A stretch of DNA of 63,009 bases from Candidatus Tenebribacter burtonii. Its GTDB lineage: Bacteria > Cloacimonadota > Cloacimonadia > Cloacimonadales > TCS61. Location of the stretch: contig JAVCCF010000089.1 in assembly GCA_030765625.1 (NCBI GenBank), forward strand, positions 1 to 63,009. Direction: 5' to 3'. The notes under the pieces were generated by a model. That model made no database searches. It worked only from the letters and a program-made list of their open reading frames with translations, and was not told the origin of the DNA. Numbering within the stretch: position 1 is the first letter of the stretch; every line of letters begins with the position of its first letter. Below are positions 17,735 through 27,244 of the stretch, piece after piece. Position numbers and translations under genes: made by a program.

Positions 17735-19099
17735 ATGAAAAATATTAAATTTTATTCAACAAATTTGAAGGCAGAGGTTGTAGATTTTAAAAGTGCACTA
17801 TTAAAAGGATTAGCTCCTGATAAAGGACTTTATATGCCTCAAGAAATTCCTTCTTTTACAAAAGAAGAAATAAGTAAATTTTCACAAATGGAATATTATG
17901 AAATTGCCTTTGAAGTAGGTAGAAAATTTCTACACGATCAGATACCAAATGCAGATTTAAAAGCAATTGTTAAAGATGCTTACAATTACGAAATTCCACT
18001 TGAAAAAGTTTATGATCGGAAATATGTAATGCGGCTGGATCAAGGTCCCACTGCATCTTTTAAGGATTTTGCAGCCAGAATGATGGGCAGGCTTATGCAA
18101 TACTATCTCGATAAAGTTAACCGTGAGCTTCTGATTCTCACTGCAACTTCGGGTGATACTGGTAGTGCAATTGCAAACGCATTTTATGGATTGGATAACA
18201 TCAAGGTTGTGGTTCTCTTTCCAGAAAAAGAAGTAACAAATCGCCAGAGAAAACAGATGACAACATTGGGTAAAAATATACAGATAATTGGACTTGATGC
18301 TAAATTCGACGATTGTCAGTATCTTGTAAAAGAAGCGTTTTCCGATAGTGAATTGGATTACCTTAGTCTATCCTCGGCAAACTCGATTAATATTGGTAGA
18401 TTGATCCCGCAAATTGTTTACTATTTTTATGCTTTTGCACGCCTGAGAAAGAGTGATGAAGAAGAAGTAATCTTTTCCGTTCCATCGGGAAATTTTGGTG
18501 ATATGATGGGTGGAATGTTTGCTAAACAAATGGGACTTCCAATAAAAAAATTCATAATTGCAACTAATGAGAATGATGAATTTTCTACCTTTGTAAAAAC
18601 GGGAAATTATGATAAGATCGATCCTTCTAAAAACTGTCTATCAAGTGCTATGAATGTGGGACATCCAAGCAATATATCACGCCTAATCGCTTTGTATAAC
18701 GGTGTGATGAATGAAACCGGAGATATTATTAACCCCCCCGATATGAATAAATTACGAGAGGATATTTATTCAACCAGTATTACTGATGAAGAAACTAAAA
18801 ATATGATAGCAGAAGCTTACGAATTACATGAGCTTTTATTAGAACCTCATGGTTCTGTTGGTTGGGCAGGTTTGCAAAGATTTCTGCAAAAATATCATGA
18901 ATTTGATACGGAAGATCAATTATGTATTTCATTAGAAACAGCCCATCCTGCAAAATTTCCAGAACAGATCAGAGATATATTGGATTTTGATCCCAAACTG
19001 CCTTCAAGTTTGGAAGGATTAGAAGAAAGAGAAGAATCCTACGATAAAGTGTTAAACAATTATGAAGAATTCAAAAAGTATTTAGTTAATAACTATTAA
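17735..19099 (+). CDS. thrC: Threonine synthase
   Basis: Contains the PTASFKD PLP-lysine motif and TSGDTGSA, at about 450 aa. Confidence 0.9.
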   Translation: MKNIKFYSTNLKAEVVDFKSALLKGLAPDKGLYMPQEIPSFTKEEISKFSQMEYYEIAFEVGRKFLHDQIPNADLKAIVKDAYNYEIPLEKVYDRKYVMRLDQGPTASFKDFAARMMGRLMQYYLDKVNRELLILTATSGDTGSAIANAFYGLDNIKVVVLFPEKEVTNRQRKQMTTLGKNIQIIGLDAKFDDCQYLVKEAFSDSELDYLSLSSANSINIGRLIPQIVYYFYAFARLRKSDEEEVIFSVPSGNFGDMMGGMFAKQMGLPIKKFIIATNENDEFSTFVKTGNYDKIDPSKNCLSSAMNVGHPSNISRLIALYNGVMNETGDIINPPDMNKLREDIYSTSITDEETKNMIAEAYELHELLLEPHGSVGWAGLQRFLQKYHEFDTEDQLCISLETAHPAKFPEQIRDILDFDPKLPSSLEGLEEREESYDKVLNNYEEFKKYLVNNY

Positions 19100-19118
19100 G
19101 TTTGAATTAGGAGGTCTT

Positions 19119-20672
19119 ATGCAACTACATCATCGTTTTATACAAACTGCTAAAAAATTTGGTAAGAAAATTGCTGTTCATGATATTGCAACAGGTAAAG
19201 ATGTGCCGTATGAAAGAATGCTGATCATATCTTTGATCTTTGCAAAAAAGTTCAAGAAAATCAAAAGTAAATATGTGGGAGTTATGGTTCCAACTTCAGC
19301 CGGATGTATGCTGACAAATATAGGTCTATTGATGGCTGGCAAAATTCCTGTGATGATCAATTATGGTACCGGAGCTATTGAAAATTCGGTTTATGCTCAA
19401 GAAAAATGTAGTTTCGAAACGATTATCACGAGTAAGAAATTACTGGAAAAACTTAAACTAGATCCGATAGAAAGCATGATATTTTTAGAAGATATTGTAG
19501 CTTCGATTAAACTTTTTGATAAACTTCCAGCTCTTATCAAATCTAAGGGTTCTGCTAAAAAAATCATCAGAGCTGTTCATCATGGTGATGATAACGAAAC
19601 TGCCATTATTCTTTTTACTAGCGGTAGTGAGAAAGAACCGAAAGCCGTACAACTTTCTCATAAAAATATCGGGCACAATGTAGATAATCTTCCCAAAATA
19701 ATTGATCTTGATTCAAATCATGTTTTCCTCGCGAATTTACCACTATTTCATGTATTTGGTGTTACAGCTAATTTTTGGCTTCCGATCACACTTGGAACCA
19801 GCATTGTAGCCTATCCAAATCCTCTTGATTATAAAATTATCTGTGGATTGATCAAAAAGTATAAAGTTACCTTGATGGCTGGAACACCTTCCTTCTATTA
19901 TGGTTATCTTAAAAAATCTTCACCAGGAGATTTTGCCTCTATGAAATTTGCCATTAGTGGTGCAGATACTTTAACAAAACAAATTTATGATGGTTTTATG
20001 GAAAAGCATAATTTACCTATTTATAATGCTTATGGAACAACCGAAACGAGTCCGGCGATTTCAATTAACACTCTCACGGAAAATAGAGTTGGTAGTATTG
20101 GAAAACCATTGCCTGAAGTAGAAATTAAAATTTTGGATGTTGAAACAGATGAAGAACTCCCTACCAACCAAACCGGAAAAATTTTGGTAAAAGGTGATTT
20201 GGTTATGAATGGCTATCTTGGAGATTTAGAAGAGACATCTCTTCGTATTCATAAAGGTTGGTACGATACAGGAGATATGGGTCTGATCGATGATGACGGT
20301 TTTCTCTGGCATAAAGGACGATTAAAGAGATTTGTGAAAGTTGGTGGCGAAATGATCTCACTCGTTAAAGTTGAGGAAGTATTAAATAAATATCTTCCCG
20401 ATAAAGTTATTTGCTGTGTGGTAGATGTGCCTAATCCTACCAAAGGTGCTGATGTTGTTGCTGCAATCACTACAGGAGAGATCGACACAAAAAGTATTTT
20501 AAAGAAAATGGCTAAAGAACTACCCGCCATCGCTCTTCCGAGAGAATTTCATATATTTGATAACATTCCGATGATGAGTAGCGGAAAAGTTAATTTTCGT
20601 GAAGTTGAAAAATTATGCAGAGAAATTCATAAAGAAAAGAATAGAAAGAAAAAATATAAAAGTAAAATATAG
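19119..20672 (+). CDS. AMP-dependent synthetase/ligase (acyl-CoA or acyl-ACP synthetase-like)
   Basis: Contains LFTSGSEKEPKAV, YGTTE and GDMG..DDDGFLWHKGRLKRFVKVGGEMIS. Confidence 0.8.
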   Translation: MQLHHRFIQTAKKFGKKIAVHDIATGKDVPYERMLIISLIFAKKFKKIKSKYVGVMVPTSAGCMLTNIGLLMAGKIPVMINYGTGAIENSVYAQEKCSFETIITSKKLLEKLKLDPIESMIFLEDIVASIKLFDKLPALIKSKGSAKKIIRAVHHGDDNETAIILFTSGSEKEPKAVQLSHKNIGHNVDNLPKIIDLDSNHVFLANLPLFHVFGVTANFWLPITLGTSIVAYPNPLDYKIICGLIKKYKVTLMAGTPSFYYGYLKKSSPGDFASMKFAISGADTLTKQIYDGFMEKHNLPIYNAYGTTETSPAISINTLTENRVGSIGKPLPEVEIKILDVETDEELPTNQTGKILVKGDLVMNGYLGDLEETSLRIHKGWYDTGDMGLIDDDGFLWHKGRLKRFVKVGGEMISLVKVEEVLNKYLPDKVICCVVDVPNPTKGADVVAAITTGEIDTKSILKKMAKELPAIALPREFHIFDNIPMMSSGKVNFREVEKLCREIHKEKNRKKKYKSKI

Positions 20673-20796
20673 AAGTTGGAATTCTGTTACAAAATCTAAA
20701 CTTGGTAACCAATATGCATTTCCTATCTCAGGCTTGGAAACGGAATAATTTAGAAAGTGACATCGGGAAACGTCACTTTCAATAAAAAGGAGTAGT

Positions 20797-22011
20797 ATGA
20801 AATATATCATTATTCTGGGTGATGGTATGTCAGATCATCCAATTGGAAAGTTCGGAGATAAAACTCCACTACAAGTTGCACATATTCCAAATATAGATAA
20901 ATTAGCAAAAATGGGAAAATGCGGTCTATTCCAATCTGTACCATTAGATATGCCACCTGGAAGTGAAGTTGCTAATCTGGCTGTTTTAGGCTACAATGTT
21001 CATAAAGTCTATGAAGGTAGAGGAGTTTTGGAAGGTGCAAGCATGGGGGTTACAATCAATAAAGGTGATCTCGCCATGCGTTGTAATCTAATCTGTATTG
21101 AAGACGAGAAGATAAAGAACCATTCTGCAGGACATATCAGTTCGGAAGAATCACATATTCTCATAGATTTTTTGAATGATAGACTTGCAGATGAGTTTGT
21201 GAAATTTCACAAAGGGATCAGCTTCCGTCATTTACTTGTTGTGAAGAATGGAAATAATGATCTAGTGTTTACACCTCCTCACGATGTTCCGGGAACTCTT
21301 TTTAAAGATGTTATGATAAAATCAAAGAGCAAAAGTGGGGAAGATACTTGTAATTTGTTGAATGACCTCATTTTAAGATCACAGGAATTATTGAAAGATC
21401 ATCCTGTTAATAAGAAGCGTATCGCAGAAGGGAAAAATTCAGCAAATTCTGTTTGGTTCTGGTCTTCCGGCTACAAACCTTCGATGAGAACATTGAAAGA
21501 TAAATATGGAATTTCGGGAGCTGTAATTTCCGCTGTAGATATTATCAAAGGTCTTGGGATTTTTGCTGGAATGGATGTGATCGAAGTGGAAGGTGCAACC
21601 GGACTTACAGATACAAATTATGAAGGTAAAGCTGAAGCGGCTGTGGAAGCTATCAAAACTCACGATCTGGTTTATTTACATGTGGAAGCTACAGACGAAG
21701 CAGGTCATGCAGGTGATGTAGAACTTAAAATTAAAGCACTTGAATATTTAGATTCAAGAATTGTGAAATATGTTTTGGAAGAAACTTCCAAATTGGAAGA
21801 AGATGTTGCTATAGCAGTTTTGCCAGATCACTCCACACCTTGCGAAGTGCGAACTCACACTCACGATGCAGTTCCTTTTATTATTTATAATCCGAGATTA
21901 GAAGCAGATAAAGTTAATGAATATAATGAAGAAAGCTGTAAAGCAGGTGGTTTTGGTCTGATAAAAGAGGATGATTTTATAAGGACGTTATTGGAGCAAA
22001 ACTCGAAATAA
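20797..22011 (+). CDS. Cofactor-independent phosphoglycerate mutase, archaeal ApgM type (or the proposed ApgM-like homoserine kinase)
   Basis: The N-terminus IIILGDGMSD, together with HVEATDEAGH and PDHSTP metal-site motifs, marks the alkaline-phosphatase superfamily. Confidence 0.8.
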   Translation: MKYIIILGDGMSDHPIGKFGDKTPLQVAHIPNIDKLAKMGKCGLFQSVPLDMPPGSEVANLAVLGYNVHKVYEGRGVLEGASMGVTINKGDLAMRCNLICIEDEKIKNHSAGHISSEESHILIDFLNDRLADEFVKFHKGISFRHLLVVKNGNNDLVFTPPHDVPGTLFKDVMIKSKSKSGEDTCNLLNDLILRSQELLKDHPVNKKRIAEGKNSANSVWFWSSGYKPSMRTLKDKYGISGAVISAVDIIKGLGIFAGMDVIEVEGATGLTDTNYEGKAEAAVEAIKTHDLVYLHVEATDEAGHAGDVELKIKALEYLDSRIVKYVLEETSKLEEDVAIAVLPDHSTPCEVRTHTHDAVPFIIYNPRLEADKVNEYNEESCKAGGFGLIKEDDFIRTLLEQNSK

Positions 22012-22146
22012 ATTCTTGTAAAAATCTTGAACAAGCAACTAAACGCAAGATTTTTGGCTTGCGAAAGTTTTGGTAAAAAACTTTACAATTTTATAAGGGA
22101 AAATTTATTTTATGATAATATTAAAATCATTTGTAAGGGAGAAAAA

Positions 22147-23295
22147 ATGAAAAAGCTATTATTACCAGTTGCAGTTATTGTATTGATGTCATGTCTTTAT
22201 GCTCAAACAGATTTTGATGAATTTAAAAAACAAGAAGAAGCAAAACAGCAGAACTTTTTGGAAACTGAATCTAAAGCACGTGCTAATTATTTCAACCAGC
22301 AGGATTCACTGTTTGTGCAATACAAAGATCAAATTGAAAAGCTATGGAATGAATTTCTTGAGTCTACTCCTAAAGAATGGGTAAGCTATAACTCTGATTT
22401 TAGCGGGAGAAGTAAGGTCAATTTCGAAAAAGATAAAATCGAAGTAGAAGCTGTAGTAGAGAAACCGGAAAAAGTAGCTGATGAAAAGATTCAGGAATCC
22501 AAGGCTAAAGATACACTCAAAAAGCAGGTGATCTCTATCTTAAAGGAAAAAGATATGCTTACGAATGAACCTATCCTGAAAGACCAGGTATTAACTTCCA
22601 GTAATAAAGTGATAAAACAAAATAAAGTTGAGGAAGTTGTCGTCCAGATAGTAGAGAATTCAAAAAAAGTTACCTTTAAAAATAAAGAAGGTAAGACTAT
22701 GATTAAATACCAAATCAATTTAAATTTGATTCCCAATAATATTAAGATCAGAGTTGAACAATACAAACCTTCAATTGAGAAACTTTGTAACAAATATAAC
22801 GTTGAATCAAGTCTAGCTTTGGCTATTATTCACTCAGAATCGTTCTTCAATCCTAAAGCATACAACCGGCACGGGAATGCTTACGGTATGATGCAGATCG
22901 TTCCCAAATATGCAGGATTAACTATGAATAATTACATCTATAAAAAGAATAAAAAGCCAAGCTCCGAACAGTTATTTGATCCAACTACTAATCTCGAAAT
23001 GGGAATTGGCTATTTACGCTGGTTAAAAGATAACAAATGGTCAAAAGTTACTAATAAAACAAATCAAATATATTGTGTAATATGCAGTTATAATGGTGGT
23101 CCTGGTTCTATTTATAAAGCCATGACTGGGAAAATGAAAAATATTGGTGATAAGTGGGAGCCAATGTTTGTAGATCTTAGTACGATGGATAGTAAACTTC
23201 TTTATAATAAATTGCGTGAAGATATTCCATTTGCAGAAACACGAAAATATATTGTTACTGTTTCTGAGAAAATGGAAAAGTATTATAATCAATAA
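22147..23295 (+). CDS. Lytic murein transglycosylase lipoprotein (MltC-like, SLT domain)
   Basis: The product starts MKKLLLPVAVIVLMSCLYAQ (lipobox) and contains the SLT motifs IIHSESFFNP and YGMMQIVP. The track start, TTG 22027, is probably too far upstream. Confidence 0.8.
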   Translation: MKKLLLPVAVIVLMSCLYAQTDFDEFKKQEEAKQQNFLETESKARANYFNQQDSLFVQYKDQIEKLWNEFLESTPKEWVSYNSDFSGRSKVNFEKDKIEVEAVVEKPEKVADEKIQESKAKDTLKKQVISILKEKDMLTNEPILKDQVLTSSNKVIKQNKVEEVVVQIVENSKKVTFKNKEGKTMIKYQINLNLIPNNIKIRVEQYKPSIEKLCNKYNVESSLALAIIHSESFFNPKAYNRHGNAYGMMQIVPKYAGLTMNNYIYKKNKKPSSEQLFDPTTNLEMGIGYLRWLKDNKWSKVTNKTNQIYCVICSYNGGPGSIYKAMTGKMKNIGDKWEPMFVDLSTMDSKLLYNKLREDIPFAETRKYIVTVSEKMEKYYNQ

Positions 23296-23539
23296 TGAAA
23301 TATTAACTAATTTCTCTGATGAAGAGATCGTTTATTTTAAGAAAACCAAACAAGAACATATTGCCAGCCAGAAGGAAGATTTTAAGAATAATCGTTTTGT
23401 CTGGCTTCAATTCGATACCTTCAATATACACGTTGCAATTGTGGATAGCGTTTATGATGTTTTCATGAAACAGAATTATTATTCATCAACCTACGAAGAT
23501 GAAGGGTATCTTTTCTTATTAATAGATTTCAGGGGATAG
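23216..23539 (+). CDS. Hypothetical ORF overlapping the 3' end of the transglycosylase gene
   Basis: There are 107 open codons in AT-rich DNA. The only starts (GTG 23216, TTG 23252) lie inside the upstream gene, in the +1 frame. No family recognised. Confidence 0.3.
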   Translation: MKIFHLQKHENILLLFLRKWKSIIINNEILTNFSDEEIVYFKKTKQEHIASQKEDFKNNRFVWLQFDTFNIHVAIVDSVYDVFMKQNYYSSTYEDEGYLFLLIDFRG

Positions 23540-23878
23540 TATCCACTGATCCATGTGCGTAACTGGCAACCGGGTGAATGGGATCTCTCCGAACAGATTA
23601 AACTGGAGAATTTCAGGTTTTATTAAACCTTTGTAATTGTTGAAAATCTTGCGAATGGTTGGCAATAAAATTTACCATTGAGTCAAACTCAACACAATAT
23701 CATTTGCTTGTAGAAAATCTTAGCGAAACTTGTCAAAAGTCCCAAGAAATTTTGGAATAAATTGATAGTTGGGGCTTTATTTGAATTTTTAATAAATTGG
23801 TTAATAATCCAGTTGACAAATTCAAGAGGATAAAAACATTCTACTGCATAAAAAAAATGCAATAATAAGGAGACTATT

Positions 23879-24082
23879 ATGGCAAGAATGACCGTGAATG
23901 CGGAAATATGTAAAGGCTGTGGATTGTGTATTCCAGCATGTCCTAAGCATATTATTAGATTCTCTGAAGAGATCAATTCCAAAGGATATCATTATGCTGA
24001 GTGTTTTGATCAAGAAGCTTGTATTGCTTGTAAATTATGCTATACAACTTGTCCTGACGTAGCAATTACAATAGAAAAATAG
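23879..24082 (+). CDS. 2-oxoacid:ferredoxin oxidoreductase, delta (2x[4Fe-4S] ferredoxin) subunit
   Basis: Two CxxCxxCxxxCP motifs are present: CKGCGLCIPACP and CIACKLCYTTCP. Confidence 0.85.
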   Translation: MARMTVNAEICKGCGLCIPACPKHIIRFSEEINSKGYHYAECFDQEACIACKLCYTTCPDVAITIEK

Positions 24083-24094
24083 ATGGAGGATATT

Positions 24095-25183
24095 ATGGCT
24101 GAAAAGGTTTTGATGAAAGGTAATGAAGCAGTTGCTGAAGCCGCTATCCGTGCAGGATGCAGGCTATATTTTGCTTATCCGATCACACCACAAAGTGAAT
24201 TGATAGAATATATGGCAAAGATGTTGCCGAAAGTAGATGGTACTTTTGTGCAGGCAGAAAGTGAAGTTGCTGCCATAAACATGGTTTACGGAGCATCAGG
24301 AACCGGAAGAAGAGTTATGACATCTTCATCTTCTCCGGGAATTTCACTTAAAATGGAAGGAATTTCATACATTGCCGGAGCTAATTTACCTGCCGTTATC
24401 ATCAATGTACAACGTGGTGGACCGGGACTTGGTGATATCCAACCTGCTCAAGGTGATTATTTCCAAGCAACAAAAGGAGGAGGACATGGAGATTATCGTC
24501 TTATTGTTCTGGCTCCAAGCACAGTTCAGGAATTTGCTGATATGGCTGATCTGGCTTTTGATCTGGCAGATAAATATAGAAATCCGGTAATGATCTTGTC
24601 AGATGGACTTCTGGGACAAATGATGGAACCTGTTGAATTCAAACCTGCTAAAACAAAAGAAGAGATGGAAAAATTAAATAAACAACATTACGACTGGTGT
24701 ATGCATCCAAATGAAGATGAACCAGATCATCATCATCACGAGATCAACTCTTTAGAGATCGATCCTCTTATTTTAGAACAGCATGTTATTAAGCTTGGAA
24801 AAAAATACGATAAAATCACAAAGAATGAACAAAGACATGAAGAATACAATATTTCTGCTGATAATAAAGTAATTGTTGTAGCATTCGGTACTGCTGCCAG
24901 GATCGCAAAATCTGCTATTGATCAATTGCAGGAAGAAGGAATAAATGTTGGTATGATCAGACCGATAACTGTCTGGCCATATCCTTATGAAGCAATCAGC
25001 AATGTTCTTAATGACAAAATTAAAAAAGTCGTAGTTTGCGAATTGAATCTAGGTCAGATGATTGAGGATGTGAAACTGGCAGTGAATGGAAAATTACCGG
25101 TGGAATTCCTTGGAAAAGTTGGTGGTATTTTGTTTACGCCAGATGAAATCAAAGCTAAGATCATGGATAATAGGGGGGAATAA
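24095..25183 (+). CDS. 2-oxoacid:ferredoxin oxidoreductase, alpha subunit
   Basis: Contains MKGNEAVAEAAIRAGC..FAYPITPQSE and QRGGPGLG. GGAGG lies 5 nt upstream of ATG 24095; the alternative start is ATG 24083. Confidence 0.88.
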   Translation: MAEKVLMKGNEAVAEAAIRAGCRLYFAYPITPQSELIEYMAKMLPKVDGTFVQAESEVAAINMVYGASGTGRRVMTSSSSPGISLKMEGISYIAGANLPAVIINVQRGGPGLGDIQPAQGDYFQATKGGGHGDYRLIVLAPSTVQEFADMADLAFDLADKYRNPVMILSDGLLGQMMEPVEFKPAKTKEEMEKLNKQHYDWCMHPNEDEPDHHHHEINSLEIDPLILEQHVIKLGKKYDKITKNEQRHEEYNISADNKVIVVAFGTAARIAKSAIDQLQEEGINVGMIRPITVWPYPYEAISNVLNDKIKKVVVCELNLGQMIEDVKLAVNGKLPVEFLGKVGGILFTPDEIKAKIMDNRGE

Positions 25184-25935
25184 TGGAAATTATTGCACAA
25201 AGACCAAAATCATTGACCGATCTACAGTTTACATACTGTCCTGGTTGCACACATGGTATCTCCCACAGAATTATTGCAGAAGCAATTGATGAGTTAGAAA
25301 TGAGAAATCAAATGATGGGTGTTGCACCTGTTGGATGCTCTGTGTTTGCCTATAAATTCTTTGATTGTGATATGGCGGAAGCTGCTCATGGCAGAGCTCC
25401 GGCTGTAGCTACAGGAATGAAAAGAGCTCGTCCAGATATGCATGTTTTCACCTACCAGGGAGATGGTGATCTGGCAGCGATTGGAACAGCTGAGATCATT
25501 CATGCTGCCAATAGAGGAGAACATATTAGCGTGTTTTTCGTGAATAATGCAATTTATGGAATGACAGGTGGGCAGATGGCTCCCACAACTCTACCTGGCA
25601 TGAAAACTACAACTTCACCTTATGGACGGGATGAAACAGATATTGGTTATCCTATACAAGCTTGTGAATTATTGAATTCTCTGAGAGCTCCTTATTTCAT
25701 TGAACGTGTTTCTCTACTTTCACCTCAAGATATTCTTAAAGCAACAAAAATTGTGAAAAAAGCACTTCAATTCAATAAAGAAGAGAGAGGTTTTACTTTT
25801 GTTGAATTTGTTTCTACATGTCCTACAAATTGGGGATTGGCACCATTGGAAGCCATGAAATGGGCAAAAGAAAACATGTTACCTTACTTCCCTCTTGGAA
25901 ATTTCCGAGATAAGTCTATTGAAGGGGGAGAATAA
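25183..25935 (+). CDS. 2-oxoacid:ferredoxin oxidoreductase, beta (TPP-binding) subunit
   Basis: Contains CPGCTHG and GDGD..AIG..E motifs. It is start/stop-coupled to the alpha subunit. Confidence 0.88.
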   Translation: MEIIAQRPKSLTDLQFTYCPGCTHGISHRIIAEAIDELEMRNQMMGVAPVGCSVFAYKFFDCDMAEAAHGRAPAVATGMKRARPDMHVFTYQGDGDLAAIGTAEIIHAANRGEHISVFFVNNAIYGMTGGQMAPTTLPGMKTTTSPYGRDETDIGYPIQACELLNSLRAPYFIERVSLLSPQDILKATKIVKKALQFNKEERGFTFVEFVSTCPTNWGLAPLEAMKWAKENMLPYFPLGNFRDKSIEGGE

Positions 25936-26474
25936 TGAAAACTGAAATTATTAGCTCTGGATTCGGGGGTCAAGGTGCTCTTACAATTGGTAAATTCTTG
26001 GCAAAAGCAGGTATGAGAGAAGGACTTAATGTCTCATGGCTTCCTTCTTATGGACCTGAAATGCGTGGTGGAACAGCAAATGTTTCTGCAGTTATCTCAG
26101 ATAGACCAATAGCTTCACCACTGGTAACTTATCCCGATATTCTTATTGCATTAAATCAACCTTCAATAGATAAATTTGGTCCCAATATCAAGGAAGGTGG
26201 ACTTCTTATTTCCAATACGGATATGTGTCCTCATGGTACAAAACGTAAAGATATTACAGTCATCAAAGCACCGATGAACAAAATAGCTAAAGAAATAGGC
26301 AACATGATGGTTCTTAACATGGTTGCGATTGGTATTGTGATTGGTAAGACAGGGATTGTAAAATACGAAACTCTTGAAGAAGATCTTTCAAAATTTCTTA
26401 AGAAAAAGAACCCACAACTCTTAGAAGCAAATCTTAAAGCAATAAAAAAAGGAATTGAAATAGGAAAAAAATAG
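25935..26474 (+). CDS. 2-oxoacid:ferredoxin oxidoreductase, gamma subunit
   Basis: Contains GFGGQG and SYGPEMRGG motifs and is coupled to the beta subunit. Confidence 0.88.
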   Translation: MKTEIISSGFGGQGALTIGKFLAKAGMREGLNVSWLPSYGPEMRGGTANVSAVISDRPIASPLVTYPDILIALNQPSIDKFGPNIKEGGLLISNTDMCPHGTKRKDITVIKAPMNKIAKEIGNMMVLNMVAIGIVIGKTGIVKYETLEEDLSKFLKKKNPQLLEANLKAIKKGIEIGKK

Positions 26475-26520
26475 AAAAATTGATTTTCATGTTAATTAAG
26501 ATAATTGGTTTTATTTGTTT

Positions 26521-26550
26521 AAAAAGCCCAACAGAAAGTTGGGCTTTTTC
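26521..26550 (+). terminator. Rho-independent terminator of the oxidoreductase operon
   Basis: AAAAAGCCCAAC-AGAAA-GTTGGGCTTTTT has an A-tract and a T-tract on either side, so it could act in both directions. Confidence 0.85.
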
Positions 26551-26625
26551 TTAAAAAGTAAAATTAATTTGACATTAATTTTATGTATTCAAGTTATAAA
26601 TCATTAAACTTAATTAGGAGGAAAA

Positions 26626-27237
26626 ATGAAAATAAGTAAATTAGCAGTTTTAGGATTATTCGTAATAATATTGATGCTTGTAGGATGTGCATCAACAACT
26701 CGTACTGTAACAAGAGTTTCTGCAGATGAAGTTTTAGATCAAAGTGGTAATTGGAATGATACTGATTCACGTTTAGTTGCAGAACAAATGATAAAAGATC
26801 TGATGTATAGAGCATGGTTACAGGACTTTGTTCTTGAGGAAGATAGAAAACCTGTAGTAGTTGTGGGAACAATCAGAAATTTCAGTTCAGAGCATATTCA
26901 AGAGGAAATTTTTATAAAAGATATTGAAAGAGAACTTATTAATAGTGGAAGTATTAAATTTGTTGCAAGTAAAAAAGAGCGTGGTGAGATAAGAGAAGAA
27001 AGAATGGAACAGCAATCTTTTGCAAGTGATGAAACAGCAAAAAGATTAGCTGTTGAATCCGGTGCAGATTTCATGCTTCAAGGTGGAATAAAATCTAATA
27101 TTGATACCAGTGGTGGGAAAGAGGTAAAATTCTATCAAGTTGATCTTGAACTTATCAACGTTGAATCAAATGAAAAAGTCTGGATAGGCTCGAAAGAGAT
27201 TAAAAAATTTGTGAAGAAAAACAAAGTTAAATGGTAA
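26626..27237 (+). CDS. LpoB-like (COG3417) lipoprotein
   Basis: Has the lipobox LMLVGC, and VVVVGTIRN and GADFMLQGGI segments typical of the LpoB/YcfM family. Confidence 0.65.
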   Translation: MKISKLAVLGLFVIILMLVGCASTTRTVTRVSADEVLDQSGNWNDTDSRLVAEQMIKDLMYRAWLQDFVLEEDRKPVVVVGTIRNFSSEHIQEEIFIKDIERELINSGSIKFVASKKERGEIREERMEQQSFASDETAKRLAVESGADFMLQGGIKSNIDTSGGKEVKFYQVDLELINVESNEKVWIGSKEIKKFVKKNKVKW

Positions 27238-27244
27238 CACTTAA

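Noticed and set aside
26569-26599. I considered TTGACA-containing sequences as sigma-70 promoters, at 26569 before the lipoprotein cluster and also at 23813 and 57403.
   Set aside because: No acceptable -10 hexamer lies at 16-18 nt spacing in any of the three, and the promoter consensus for this lineage is unknown to me. They are too weak to report as features.
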